Below, one piece after another: positions 35,945 through 49,900 of a stretch of 64,000 nt of DNA. Made by a program: the position numbers and the translations under genes. Each line of letters opens with the position of its first letter. Within the stretch, counting starts at the first letter, position 1. Location: contig CATNEN010000039.1 of assembly GCA_950097015.1 (NCBI GenBank), positions 11,656,001 through 11,720,000 on the forward strand. The letters run 5' to 3'. Below the pieces are notes generated by a model. That model did no database searches, was not told the origin of the DNA, and saw only the letters and a list, made by a program, of their open reading frames with translations. The stretch is from Macrostomum hystrix (Eukaryota > Animalia > Platyhelminthes).

Positions 35945-36665
35945 TCGTCAGATTGTCGGGTAAACTTGTCACATAGTTGGATAAACTTGTCAGATTGCAG
36001 GGTAAAATTGTCAGATTGTAGGGTAAACTTGTCGGATTGTTGAATAAACTTGTCAGATTGTCGGGTAAACTTGTCAGATTGTTGGATAAACTTGTCAGAT
36101 TGTAGGGTAAACTTGTCGGATTGTTGAATAAACTTGTCAGATTGTCGGGTAAACTTGTCAGATTGTTGGATAAACTTGTCAGATTGTAGGGTAAACTTGT
36201 CGGATTGTTGAATAAACTTGTCAGATTGTCGGGTAAACTTGTCAGATTGTTGGATAAACTTGTCAGACTGTAGGGTAAAATTGTCAGATTGTAGGGCAAA
36301 CTTGTCAGATTGTAGGGCAAACTTGTCAGATTGTCGGGTAAACTTGTCAGATTGTTGGATAAATTTGTCAGATTGCAGGGTAAACTTGTCAGATTGTTGG
36401 ATAAACTCGTCCGATTGTAGAAGAAACTTGTCAAATTCTTGGATAAACTTGTCAGATTGTAGAATCAACTTGTCCGATTGTACGAGTAGAATAAACTTGT
36501 CAAATTCTTGGATAAACTTGTCAAATTCTTGGATAAACTTGTCGAATTGTTGGATAAACTTGTCCGATTGTAAAATCAACTTGTCCGATTGTACGAATAG
36601 AATAAACTTGTCAAATTGTTGGATAAACTTGTCAGATTGTAGGATACTTTGAACAACTTGTCAGA
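35945..36665. repeat. 21-bp minisatellite with higher-order structure
   Basis: Unit aaacttgtcagattgtNggRt. Confidence 0.95.
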
Positions 36666-37999
36666 GCGTAGACCTAAAATCTGATTCTTGTAAAAAGGCC
36701 ACAGTGCACTTATGTGAATAGCTATATCTATAAGACCTCCCAATATCCGAATTCAATGTCCAAAATGGATCCATAATTGTTACTTATCTGTTATCAATGA
36801 GAATTGGATCGTGTGTCCACATTGCTGGTTGTAATTTATTTGCATGTTTAGTTAAGAAGTCTAGGGGCTTGGATCTTGTTTTCCGCCACCAAATAAATGG
36901 CATGCAATTAACTTTTTTATCTTATCTCTCGGCAATGAAACTCTAAATGCATTAGCTGCCCGGAATATTGTTGGCTTAACAATTGCAATACTGTCTAAAT
37001 TCGCGACAAACACGTGAACTTACGTGCCTGCGGATTAAGGAAGTACTGGTCCAATTTCTTCAATTTCTTGGACTCCTGAGCACACACAGATAATGTACAA
37101 AGGCTTACACACACTTTCTCATCATCAGGCAGTGTACACTATCACGGCTTAATTGTGAGCTGGGTAACTGCGTTTCTTAGAAAAAGCTATTTATTTCCTC
37201 AGTGATACCTTCTTTCAAGCTTCATTTGCGAAAATACTGATTCCATATTTTTTGCTTTTCTAATCATGGCCCTACCCAGTTCCTAAAATGCATTGAGCTC
37301 CTGAAACAACAATTCATTGGATAAAGTTCAATCCAAAGAAAAGCTTTGGATTTAGGATTTTTGCGATAGCCAGCTCCTTAAACTTTTTCTAAGAAACCTA
37401 GTTTTCAAAGCTCAGGCATTTTTTTCGCATACAAATTTCTCTGAAGAGATCAATTATTCTGAGCTAGAATACCCTCAGGGACGACTTTAGGGAAATAAAA
37501 TATGAATGCAGATAATTCTGACTATATGGTCTCTTCTGAAAGCGACAGACTCAGGAAACAGATAAAGTGAGCCAGGTTTCCCAGTGAGAGGGCTTATTGA
37601 TGTAGATTAGGGGGCTTGGCACTGCATTCAGGGACTGTAGACTTCAGCGCAGTGTTTGCCGAACAAAGATAAGCTGGCCCCGACTTGAAGGATGACATCC
37701 GCAGCTGCTTGGGATTATTATAATGGCAAAGAAAGGAGAGCTGAGTATTAACCGTTTGCCTAAATGACCCCCTAATCAGATGCTTCGACCCGATTCTTAT
37801 GGTGGGATTAGCATTTTCCCTGCGTTTTGGAACATTTCTAACAGTCAAAATGATTATATATTAGAGCCTTTTTAAAAAGCATTTATTGTTTTGAAAGTTA
37901 GTTCAATAATCAGTACGATTGTTTTATTAAACAGTTCTACTCATTTTTATTGTCCCTTAGCGTGTCAAATATAATTTATTTATCTATTATACACTCATA

Positions 38000-38140
38000 A
38001 AAGCATTTGGTTGGCGTCCCACCCCTTAACATGCGTGTTGGAGCTACTTCCGACTTTTCTGATTGGTTCGCGTGCCACCCCTTCGACTGTGTGATAACAT
38101 TCACTGCCGATCTTTCTGATTGGTCAATGGCTGGCGCCCA
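38000..38140 (+). promoter_or_regulatory. Putative CCAAT-box promoter (possibly for the PKA-RII gene)
   Basis: Two ttctgattggt boxes (~38056-38066 and ~38113-38123) with CACCCC boxes. Confidence 0.35.
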
Positions 38141-39180
38141 AACTCTCAGACTAATTTGACAGCAAATTTGTTGAACAAGAAGTTGACTAATTAGAGTTCT
38201 TAATATCGGCTAACTTTTAATTTCGCATTCTGCACTTTTAAGAAAACTAATCCTGCACTTTTCTTTGCCGTCTTTCATACTGAAACTGCCAATTGGTTTC
38301 TAGTCTGTTAGTTTGCCATCAACCTAGTTTGCAAACAAATTCAACATCGGATATACTTCATCTCTCCCAGTATGTCAAAGGCAATTTCCGCGACTGTGTG
38401 GCGGTGCTCTGTGACGTGCTGTTCCTTCTCGAGACAGGCAGAAGGCGACGGAAAAGAATGAGAAATTGAAAGAGAAGAGCAGAAGAGAGGCTTTGAGAAA
38501 AACGGCCGTGAGCAGAGTTTGAGAAAAGGGAATGTGATATTAGAAGGTTAATTAAAGCATATTTAAAATTTCAATTTCGAGAAAGAACCGAATCAAGCTG
38601 CCCGCAGCTTGTTACAGAGTTATTTAGATTCGCCGCAACTTTCACCTGCATTACGCCCAGGCTTCCAGCGCCTCGTTCTAAAAATGCTAATTTAGAACGG
38701 CGTTTTCCTTCCTGTCGCTTTTTCTTCCATCTACAAGTGCTGCGAGTTAATTTGCAAGTCACGTGTCAGCATACAAAATTAGTCATAAATTATCGACGAA
38801 CTTTATTGTCCGGATAGCATTGCCCTTGAGATATTGGATTTTTACGAATCAAAAATATTCTTCAAAAGGGCGCTCTTATTTTGTACTTTTGTTTTGAGCG
38901 TCACGTGATCGATGCAGCTTGACTTTACTGTCGATGCTATATAGTACATTTATCGATTTTTTGCATTTAATGAGACGCAAAAATTTCGATGACAAAACAT
39001 CGGCATCGTCAAGATACTCAACGTTTCTCGTCGGGGTGTCTGATGGCAAAAACCATATTAAAAACTACTTAGGCATAACATTTTTCCTCACAAATATTTC
39101 TTTATGTAACCATGTCGGCTGTTACTGTTGATGAAATTATATAGATTTTTGTGTTAATTATTATATTATTGAACTAATAT

Positions 39181-39477
39181 AGAGGTTGTAGCCTAGTGGT
39201 TAGGGCGTTGGACTCATGACTTGAAGGTCAGGGGTTCGATTCCCGACTCCACTGGAACAATTTGTGTTCTTTAGCAAGACACTTAACTCTGCATTGCTTC
39301 AGTTCACCCAGCTGTTAAATGGGTACCAGCATTAGCTGGGATAATTGAAGGTGGGTGTGGCGTCCCCCCTGTCCATGGACTGAACAGCTGTACGCAGCCT
39401 TCAGATGCGCCGCGCAATAGCTGCGGCTGTGCTGTCGGCTGCACATCTGGCCCAATTGGGGCAGGTGTAATAAAAAA
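39181..39477 (+). mobile_element. tRNA-derived SINE family 2 (CORE-like) with 13-bp TSD
   Basis: A box tagcctagtgg, B box ggttcgattcc, gcaagacacttaac...cacccagctgttaaatgggtacc core, A tail; TSD attgaactaatat at 39168-39180 and 39478-39490. Confidence 0.9.
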
Positions 39478-40492
39478 ATTGAACTAATATGGATTCGCCG
39501 TAGAGGTGTATACACAGCAATGCTAGTTCTGCTTGCCACCAGGGTCTTCGACAAGAATCGCTGAATGTCTTGACGATGCTGAAGTCGGAAGTCGGACGGT
39601 TTTGAAAGTTAGTGCTTCGTAAAGGGTGGAAAATTTTGGTGGACTTTCACGAAAACTCTGGTCATTCCGTTTGCGAGCTATCGTGAATTGTAGGCAGTGG
39701 GCATGAAATACCTTCGTGGTCTCTCCCGAGAGGGTACATAGCGTGGTGTTTCTACTCTATCAATGTATTTGAAGTTGCCGTACATGCTCGCACTACATAA
39801 TTTGATTGATTGATTGATTATTAATATAGATTGAATGCGACACTACTAAGTAGAACTCATGTCACAGCTTAAGCATCAAACACAGCATTATTCTATTCTA
39901 TCATTCGCATCTGGGCCAATTTTATCCAATCGAATCTGAGCGCACTCAAAACTACTTAATTTCGATCATTTCAACGCATAGAATTTCTGTCTCAACATCT
40001 GCACGCCTCGAGAACATTCGAAAATTCCGGCCATCAATTGAACTTGCCTTCACACTCACCTGCATGTTTTCATCCTGTTTTGCGAGGCAGAGAATTAGGG
40101 AGAGAGAGAGAAATAGGAAAAATTTTGAAAGGTTGAAGAGAGCGATAGAATTGCCAGGGGAATGAAAATCTGCTTCAGCTTTTCCGTGACACACAATATC
40201 TAGAAGGGAGCAATAGGATTGAGAAATATTTTAGTCGTCAGAGTCAGAGAGAAGCAGAAAAACACCTCGAGAATAGAAACTCGTACACCACCCCACTCCG
40301 CCCTCGGGTTGGCTTAGGCCGTTCTGCACACCGACCTACCCCCTCCCAGTCCTGCCCACTCCGCTTCAATACCTGCTGCAGCGATTGAGTGCGCTTCTAA
40401 TTTCTAAAACATCAGAGAATAAGAGCTCAAATTGCAGACCTACGCCCCACTCAAGGTCGAGCTATCGCTTTGAACCGTTGTCTAGGCAAGAG

Positions 40493-42184
40493 ATGTCTGC
40501 ACCGCCTCAACAGGCCGGCTTTGAAGTTCCCGAAGGTCTCCAGGAGCTGCTGCAGAATTTCACCGTGTCGGTGCTGCGCCGACGGCCGGCCAACCTGCTG
40601 CACTACGCGGCCGCATATTTTCGCCGCCTCGACCAGGCGGCTAACACCTGCGGCGCAGCCGTTGAGGCCGCCGCTGCGATGGCCGTCCTGAAGGTCCCCG
40701 CGAGAGAGGACTCCGGCGCCGAGACTGACGACGACAACGCTGCTATAGCCACAGCCGGCGCCGAAGCTGGCAAGGCTCCGTGGCGATCCAATCGCCGGGC
40801 TAGCGTCGCCGCGCCGTCATTTGACCCCGAGAAAAGCGAGGCCACGTATCAGCGCAAGATTGTGCCGAAGAGCGACGAGCAGAGGCGACGCCTTACCGAG
40901 ACGGTGAAGCACATCCTGCTGTTCCGCAGCCTGGATCGGCTCAGCCTTAGTCACGTGATTGACGCGATGCAGGAGCTCAGTGTGTCAGCCGGCGAGGTGA
41001 TCATCGAGCAGGACCAGGAAGGAGACAATTTTTACGTGATCGAGCGTGGAGTTTTCGAAGCCTACGTGACGGACTCGGCTAGCGGAGTGCGGCGCCTAGC
41101 CGTGACCTACAATCACAGCGGCTCGTTTGGCGAGCTGGCTCTCATGTACTACTGTCCCCGAGCCGCCACCGTTGTAGCCAAATCCGACGGCGTTCTCTGG
41201 TCGCTGGATTTGGACACCTTCCAGCAGAAGGTGCTAATGTCAGCTTTTAAGAATCGCAAAAAGTACGAAGCCTTCTTGGCCTCAGTGCCGCTACTGTCCG
41301 AGTTGACGCACTATGAGAGGCAGAATGTGGCTGACGCGCTAAAGGAGAGGGAGTACGACGATGGTGAGCCAGTGCTGTTTCAGATTTTTCATATTTTTTG
41401 ACATCTGACTCTGACTGAGAGTTCGCTAGTTCGACTCTTAGCCAAAGGGAAATAATCTAGCTCGCAAGTTCTTGGGTGCTTAGAGGCTGCAAAATGAGTA
41501 CTTAGCGTTAGCTGTGGTAGAAACTTTGGTGAATGTGCCGGCATGTTAAGTTCACTCTACTGACTGAATAAGTGTTCAAATACTTCAGAAATGACACAGT
41601 CTGTATATCAGATCTAACTCCGATAGGTATGATGAGTATTGGCTATTTTAGCAGGCCTGTATTGTTTTTTCAATAATCTTCGACGACACCAATGACGTGA
41701 CAGGAAAACAGTGTAGAACCGTTTTTCATTTCTTCATTTGATCAATTTGATCAACACGCTTTTGGATTGGAGTGGAAAAAACCTTCAGGGTTTGTTTTAA
41801 GCCTCGAAAAACCACCTTTCAGGCGAGCCGATTCTCTACCAGGGTGATCCCGGCAACGAAATGTTCTTCGTCGAGGACGGCAGCGTCAAGGTGATGCGCC
41901 GGCACTCGGACAACGGCCTTGAGACGCAGGTGAATCATCTGGAGAAGGGCGCTTACTTTGGCGAGTTGTCGCTAATCACGAAGCAGCCGCGAGCTGCCAG
42001 CTGCTACGCTGTGGGCCGGACTCGAGTCTGTGTGCTGCACGTGTCCGACTTTGAGCGCCTGCTTGGCCCCTGCCTGGAGGTGATGCGGCGCAACATCGAC
42101 AGCTACCGCAGCCAGCTCAGGGAGATCTTCGGTGACGCGACCAGCGCTGCGGCCGCGCCGCTTCGCATGGAGGCGTCTGTTTAA
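40493..42184 (+). CDS. PRKAR2: cAMP-dependent protein kinase type II regulatory subunit
   Basis: D/D domain (VPEGLQELLQNFTVSVLRRRP), RRAS substrate-type inhibitor site, two cNMP domains (FGELALMYYCPRAAT, FGELSLITKQPRAAS); exons 40493-41363 and 41823-42184. Confidence 0.96.
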
Positions 42185-45064
42185 GGATTCGAGTTCGTGA
42201 CGACGTCTCTATGGATTTAGTTTCTTTAGCTACCTGGAAAGTTAATTTAAAAAAAATGTCGCTATTTCCGAACCAAAATCCACAGAAGCAGAGTTTTATC
42301 GTACTGACGTCCAAACTTAAACGAACCTTTAACACTTTTTCAGCTGTTTTGATTCGGATTAAGGTCTTCGTGTTGTTTTCCATTTTGTGATGCAACGGCT
42401 TTTAGATGATTTCTTCTTTTCGTTGAACATTGCTTGGAGAGAAGGCATATACAATATTATTGTCGTGCTTTTGATTCTGATAAACCTGTTTAGTTTATGT
42501 TTGTATATTTGTGCTCTTATTGGTTAACTATGTATGTTGTATCGTTTTTTAATATGTTTTGGTGATTTTTAAGGCTAATTGTTTCGTCAAGTTTTTAACA
42601 GTTTTATCTGCGTCTCATTTAGTGGATTTTTCATTCGAACATGCTTAGCCTAATCTGATTATTACGAAAAGCTGAGATGCTTTTCTGCCTATTGGAACAG
42701 GGGGGACTTCACTGTGAAGTCCCTCTTCATGAGCCCACCCAGCTCATCTTATTAACTCAGACTCGCTCATTGATTTTGAACCAAGAGACTACTCAAAAAG
42801 CGAAGCAAAGCTTTTTCGCATTGCGTGCAGAGCCGGTCGCATAGGGTTCCCTAAGGGCCACTCTGATAGTGCCGTGTTAGTCTAACTGCTTGTTTCTCAT
42901 TTTTTCTTTTGTGTTCAGTCGGTGTTAAGTCGCTGTAGCAAGTCGTAGAGTAGCACTTCATTTGTATGTATCCACTATATGTAGTCCTCCTGTGTTCCTT
43001 TACAAATAAGGCCTATTTGTGGTCTATCAAGCCTACTGCAGATGTCTTGCAGCACCGTTCAACGTATCAATTCGTTGCATCTCCCCCCGGAAGCTCACTG
43101 AAAGCATTATAGCTAGGCTACAATCATTGCGTCCTATTTTAAAGGCAGTTTAGGATTTTTTAGTTTGATTCCTAATATTTGATTTGCTCTATTATACTAC
43201 GAGTAAATAAATTGTTTAACTGACCCCTCTACTAGAAAGCCTTGGCCCTGGACACGAGGTTATTAATTTAGAGCCCAGAAAACATGTTTCATTCGTAATT
43301 GGAAAAAGTTTTCTAAGAGGTCGCGACCATGTGGCGAGAAAACGTGCCAAAAGCTGTGACAGTCTGTGACAGATTGTCCAGCAGGAAGAGAAAGTCCACA
43401 GCTTCAAGTCGCCAATCTCATAAAAGAACTATACTAGAATTGGAAGAGTTGTACAGGAGTCACGAACGGACACGTTCTGTCCTGCAACACTGTATGGAGT
43501 CGTGCTCATCAAGGAGCGGGTTATTAAATTCTGGCCACTTTTTATAATCTTGGTGTCGAGAAATAAAACGAAATGTTCTTACTAGTAAAAGTCCTTCTTT
43601 CTTCTGTCTATAACTAACTATATAAAGGGTTGTCTTGACCAGAATAATGAGTGTCACAAATATAATCGATACAACAAACACAAATTATGTCTAACCTTTT
43701 AATTTCGGCTATTGTGTGCCGCTACAAAAGTACGGTACACCACACCTTAAACATCTAATTTTCTGCCCTGGCTAATGCTGGTACAAATTAAGTTCCAAAT
43801 AACTTACGAGATACGAAAACCGTTGTGTTCGAAAACAGCAATGTTTTATTCAATGCCTTAAAGTCTCGCTCTCATGTCTGTTCTGTACGTTTCTTTAAAT
43901 TGCCAACGGTAACGGTAGGGCAAAGTTTCGAAGCAACCTTTAACATGAGAAAGACCACGGGCCGGGTATTTCAAATGCCCACTGCTGTCTACTTCACGGT
44001 AGCTTCCAAACCAAACGACCGATTTTTGTGAGTCCACCACTCTCGTAGAAGCAACATATGGATCAACACTTTCCGCCGTTTATGATGAACTAACTTTCAA
44101 AGCCGTTCGACGTCAGCATCGTCGAGATGCTGTAGTATCGCCAGTACTGACGAAATCTTCAGCATTTCAGCAGTAACTTTGCTATCTGTACTCGAATATT
44201 CCTGACACAGAATCCGGGTGATGCAATTAACTAGAACTCTAGCTTTTAACGGATTCAATTTCCGCTGTCGGAACCAGACTGCATGGCTATGTTACAATGT
44301 CTCACCTCAGCTAGTAGTTCTCATTTGCTCTCCTTTCCAATTTCATTAATCTCTTCTTTCGTGGACTTCCGCTAATTGAGGGGCTGATCACAGGCAGCTA
44401 GGCATGCAATCACCATCGTCACAGAGCTGCGTAGCTGTTTGGTTCAGCTGTTGTCTGCAGTATTGTGTACTCCAGCTTCATGGCCTCTCTCATGCTGGTT
44501 CGACCAGTTCACTGATTATAGGTATCTCTAGTCTCTCTAGCTCTCTCTCTTTCTGCCGGCGCAGGAGCCGGAGCGGTAACAACTATGTTCTCTTCTGAGA
44601 AACGAAACCATTTCTATAATTGTGATCAGTGCGTCAAGAGCACGGTGGCAATATTTAAGTTGTTTTTCTGCTTAAGGACATACTCGAGCTGAAGAACACT
44701 ATACATGCTATCTGCTTTGAAGTTGCGTCCATTCACGCACTTCAAAAGTGCACGCAAACATATTTATAGAAATCGATCGGACTGCCACTTCACTTTGCTC
44801 AAGCCTCGGAAAGCGATCCCAGCTCTATAGCCGCAGTAGTCTGAGTCCGTCTGTTTCATTTTGCCTCGCAATCGATGCCGTCTGGCGGCCCACGCAGGCA
44901 GATCCGCATCGCGAGGCGCGATCGAAATATTTTTGAATTTCGAAAAATGTTTCTACTTAGAAATCACTGTTGCTATCGCTCCCACGCTCGGTGTATTGCT
45001 CTCTGTGTATCGCTCTCGATGTGTTATCATCTATGTGTCAGTCTCGATGTTTTACTCTAGATGT

Positions 45065-45870
45065 TTCTTTCTTGATGCGTCACTTTCGGTGTGTCACGCT
45101 TGATGTGTCATTTTCAATGCGTCACTCTCGATGCGTCACTTTCGGTGTGTCACGCTTGATGTGTCATTTTCAATGCGTCACTCTCGATGCGTCACTTTCG
45201 GTGTGTCACGCTTGATGTGTCATTTTCAATGCGTCACTCTCGATGCGTCACTTTCGGTGTGTCACGCTTGATGTGTCATTTTCAATGCGTCACTCTCGAT
45301 GCGTCACTTTCGGTGTGTCACGCTTGATGTGTCATTTTCAATGCGTCACTCTCGATGCGTCACTTTCGGTGTGTCACGCTTGATGTGTCATTTTCAATGC
45401 GTCACTCTCGATGCGTCACTTTCGGTGTTACGCTTGATGTGTCATTTTCAATGCGTCACTCTCGATGCGTCACTTTCGGTGTGTCACGCTTGATGTGTCA
45501 TTTTCAATGCGTCACTCTCGATGCGTCATTTTCGGTGTGTCACGCTTGATGTGTCATTTTAAATGCGTCACTCTCGATGCGTCATTTTTGGAGTGTCACG
45601 CTTGATGTGTCATTTTCAATGCGTCACTCTCGATGTGTCATTTTTGGAGTGTCACGCTTGATGTGTCATTTTAAATGCGTCACTCTCGATGCGTCATTTT
45701 CGGTGTGTCACGCTTGATGTGTCATTTTCAATGCGTCACTCTCGATGCGTCACTTTCGGTGTGTCACGCTTGATGTGTCATTTTCAATGCGTCACTCTCG
45801 ATGTGTCACTTTCGGTGTGTCACGCTTGATGTGTCATTCTCAATGCGTCACTCTCGGTGTGTCGCTTTCG
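45065..45870. repeat. 56-bp minisatellite (~14 copies; internal 18-19-bp subunits)
   Basis: Unit gatgcgtcactttcggtgtgtcacgcttgatgtgtcattttcaatgcgtcactctc. Confidence 0.97.
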
Positions 45871-46901
45871 ATTATCACGTTTGAGATTAGCATGCGGATC
45901 AATTTCTGCTGCTAACTGGCGCACAGTAAAGCTATATGAAGCCGGTCCAGACGAGTCCAAATTTCGCTGACGCAAATTAGAATTTTTAATTCCCTTTCAT
46001 CTTCGATGCGCTACATTTTATGCGTAAATTAAAGGCCCTACTACTAGATATGCTTGAACAGTTTACCAATGAAAAAAGCTTGCACGATTATTACGAGAGT
46101 CTGAGTGATGAGTCACACACGCTTGATTGATTAATAATCTGCGTCCTAGTTTTGTGAACTGACCTTTAATAATTACAATATGGCAGCCTTAATTTTCCTA
46201 TTGCATTAGATATAGTAGGAACCAACAAATTTAGGCATAGGGTTAATTTTTTAGAAATTTATATCAGTGCAGAAAAAAAGTTTAATTTGCCCTTTGTGCT
46301 TTTATTGCTTTTACTGGATTATTAAGCTCGATTAATATTGGGTCATTGAGAATAAATGTAATCGTGCATCTCTGAGCAAATGGACTTATACTACTCGTTT
46401 ACGCGCGAACTACCACGTAAGCATGATTTATGCACACAATATGCACACCAAAAATATGAATTCAATCTATAGTTTGCATTTTTCTCGATTCGAAGCATGT
46501 GTTGGAACTGTGTATAATGTTGGACGCACATGGATTTGATATTTTAGCAAATTATATTTTGCTAATTAAAAGCAAGTCAGGAAAAAGTTATATTAATGTA
46601 TTAAAAAAACAACCGGATGCTGTAAACGAACATCTAAGCGCTAACTCTCAAACAAAAATCATTTCTATTTGCAAAATCCGCTGTTTAAACTTTATCACGA
46701 CTTTTAGCTTGTTTGTTTTTACTTGCCATGAAAAAATGCTTGTCTTGTTGTTATACTACACCAAAAACCTAAGTTGCCATGAAAACATTCATCGGCGTAA
46801 ATTTTGACTTAATTAAAAGCCAGTTTATAATTGTTTAGAGGTAAAACCATTAAAGTGTTTGCATATACTTTAAAATAAATATCATTTAACCATCGATCAA
46901 C

Positions 46902-49900
46902 ATGTCTCCTGCTGAGCAGTGTATATGCAAAATGTGCAATTGTGGGTAAGTATATTATATAGTTACTACTTTTTACACTAAGTACGAAAAAGTATTTACG
47001 TCTAAAATGTATTTTTTAACTTTATCGTTTTGTTTTTATGTCTATGAAGCTAGTCACAATTACTACATCCTAATATTCTCGATTTTAGATTATATATTAA
47101 TGTATGCGACTCTTAGCCTGTTTGTCTCATTTACAATTTATAAACTCTCGAGCAAATTATATTGATTAGATGAAACTACATTGCGGAAAAGGTCAGACTT
47201 CCACGTTTTGAATTCAACCTGAGATTATTCGCAATGCCGACAGAAAGACTGTTAAAAGACAAGGCAATAAAAAAACAACAAGGCAGATAAAATAGATAAG
47301 GTAGAATAGGTCGTATTTATTAGTAGAAAAATTATCCTACAAGCTAGCTTTAAATCTGTATAGTTGTATTTTATTAATGTAAAACATGAGAATTTCGAAA
47401 CATTTTACAAAAAGTAAATTAAGAAACGGAATAGTAAGCAAATTTAAATTAAATCGAGTATGCAAACATTGAAATACATAGTGTCAACTAAGTAATCAAC
47501 ATTGATATTTTGTTTGTATTCTTTATAATAGTATTTTTTATAGTGACAATTAGAAGCATTATTGCTACACTGCCACTAAAGAACGTACAAGTCTTTAACC
47601 AATAGGCTATAAACCTTCATTACTGAAATTGAGAGCTAAAAAAGACGAAAATTAATTCGGTATCGATAAGGAATAAGAAATCGAGCATCTCTAAAAGACT
47701 CTTGCCCTTATTTAAGACAAACTGTAAATAAATTGTATGCTCAAACAGGCGGCACAAGTGCAAGCTGCACCCGAACCGGGCTGCGACCAACCGCGCTACC
47801 GGCCCATGTGGCTATTCCGAATACAAACAAAAGTACACACAGCACCCGCCGCAGGGCATGCTGCCAAGCTGCAAGCCGGCCAGCCAGTCGGTTCGAAATA
47901 GCGACGCCCCGATGGCCGACGAGACGACCAACCGGGTCGACTTCGTGCCGCATCCGTTGGAGAGGCCGAAGCTGCACCAGCACGAGCCGTACAGGCCGGC
48001 CTCTGGCACCATCGATGGCACCACCGTCTATCAGCGCGAGTTCACGGAGAAGCGCGGCGAACGAGCAGCGGCTGTTAAGCGGGAGCCTCGGCGAGCTAAT
48101 GCCGGTTCGTTCAGAAAATGCTCTCGCAATTTACAGTAGAAATTTACCACGCTATTTTTCCCCTTGGGGAAACCACGGGGAATTTCAAATACCCACTGCC
48201 TACTTCCCGACAGCTCACAAAACCGAATGACCGATTTTCATGAAAGTCCACCACATTAATCAACATTTTCCGCCCCTTGCGATGAAAAGAACTTTCAAAA
48301 CCGTCCGACGTCAGCATCGTCGAGAAATTCAGCGGTTCTTGTCGGAGAAGGACAACTAATATTGATCTGTAACTTTCTATTCAATCCAAAATAGTAAGAA
48401 ATGATAGCCGACGACATGGTTAAATGATGAAATTTTGTGAGCAGAAAAGTTATGCCTAAATTGGTGTCTTTTTCCACCAAAGACCACGACGAGAATCGTT
48501 GAATATCTCGAGGATGCCGATGTTGCGGGATTCTGGAAGTTGTTTCGTCGGATAAAGTGGAATATTTTAGCTGGTGTTTTGCATTTTCATGACGATTGGT
48601 TAAATATTTTAAGATACTGAAAAAATCTAAATGTGGGTATTCGAGGTCTTCCAACTGTTTGGACTTTCGAAGCAACGGAAAATAAGTAGGGAATTGCGGC
48701 ACAATCACAGGCGAATTCCAGGGCGAACCGACGTATGCTCGCGACTATCGCAAGTGGGAGCTGCCGGAGCGAGTGTCCGGGATCGGCCGGCCCGACCAGT
48801 GGGAGACGTCGCGAGACGCATTCGGAGGCCTGCCAACATACCAGATGGACTTCGTGGCTCATGGCAACGCGCGACCGCCGGCCAGTTGCAAGCCGGCCGA
48901 GGCTGCGAAGTCGTCGCAGGCTCCGCTGGATGACGTCACGGACTATCGGCAGTCCTACGTGCCGCATCAGGTGGAGCGCCGCCGGGCCAAGGAGGCGACC
49001 GACTGGCACCGGCCCGCCGTGCCGTTCGAGGCCGTCACGACCTTCGCCCGGGATTTCACGCCCAAAGCTGGCGGTGGTCGAACCCTTGTGAAGCCGAGCG
49101 CGCAGCCCTATTCATCGAATGCGCCGTTCAATGAGGACACGACGCACCGGCTGGACTACAAGCCCTGGGAGCTGATCAGGCCCTACGTGCACAAGAACGA
49201 CGCCTACGTGCCGCCAGAGGGCGCCGTCGAGGGCACCACCAGCTACGCCAGGGATTACCCGGCTCACCCAGGCCAAGGCCGAGTCGGATATCTCAAACGC
49301 GAAGGCCAAGGAAGGCCAAGCGGACCGTTTGAGGATGCTACGGATTATAAGTGAGAAATCCGTGGTTGAGAAATTCTTGGACCAGATGTACATCCAGCGG
49401 TTGACTGTGGTGGCCGACAGAACAAGAAAAAAATTCGATACCCTAGCCTAGGCTTACACTAAGGACGCAAATCTTCCATTTAGCTAAGATTCGAACCCCC
49501 AACCTCTCGGTCAGAAATTATCTGGTGAACACTAGACCCGCTGCTTGCGAGGATGCAATTCTGCCCATTTCGCTGACTCATGAGCAAACACGCACACAGA
49601 TACTGTACGCAGTCACACACTCACAGGTGTGTATATCTGCCCTGACTTTCTCATCGTCCGGCAGTGTACACTATAATGTGCCTTGGAGGTTGGCCCACAA
49701 GGGCGTAAATTGCACGACTGGCCCCCAAGCCTTCTCTCTGCAGCTGCGCCCCAAATGAAAGTGGCCTTGCCGCGAAATCGAGCAGGCGATTATCGCTCTG
49801 CCACTCACCGCAAGCTAGTTATTAACTTCTCCAAATTATTCTACTAACAGTAGCACATCGCACATTTAAAGTCTAGCAACCTAATTTACTGCTCATCCAG

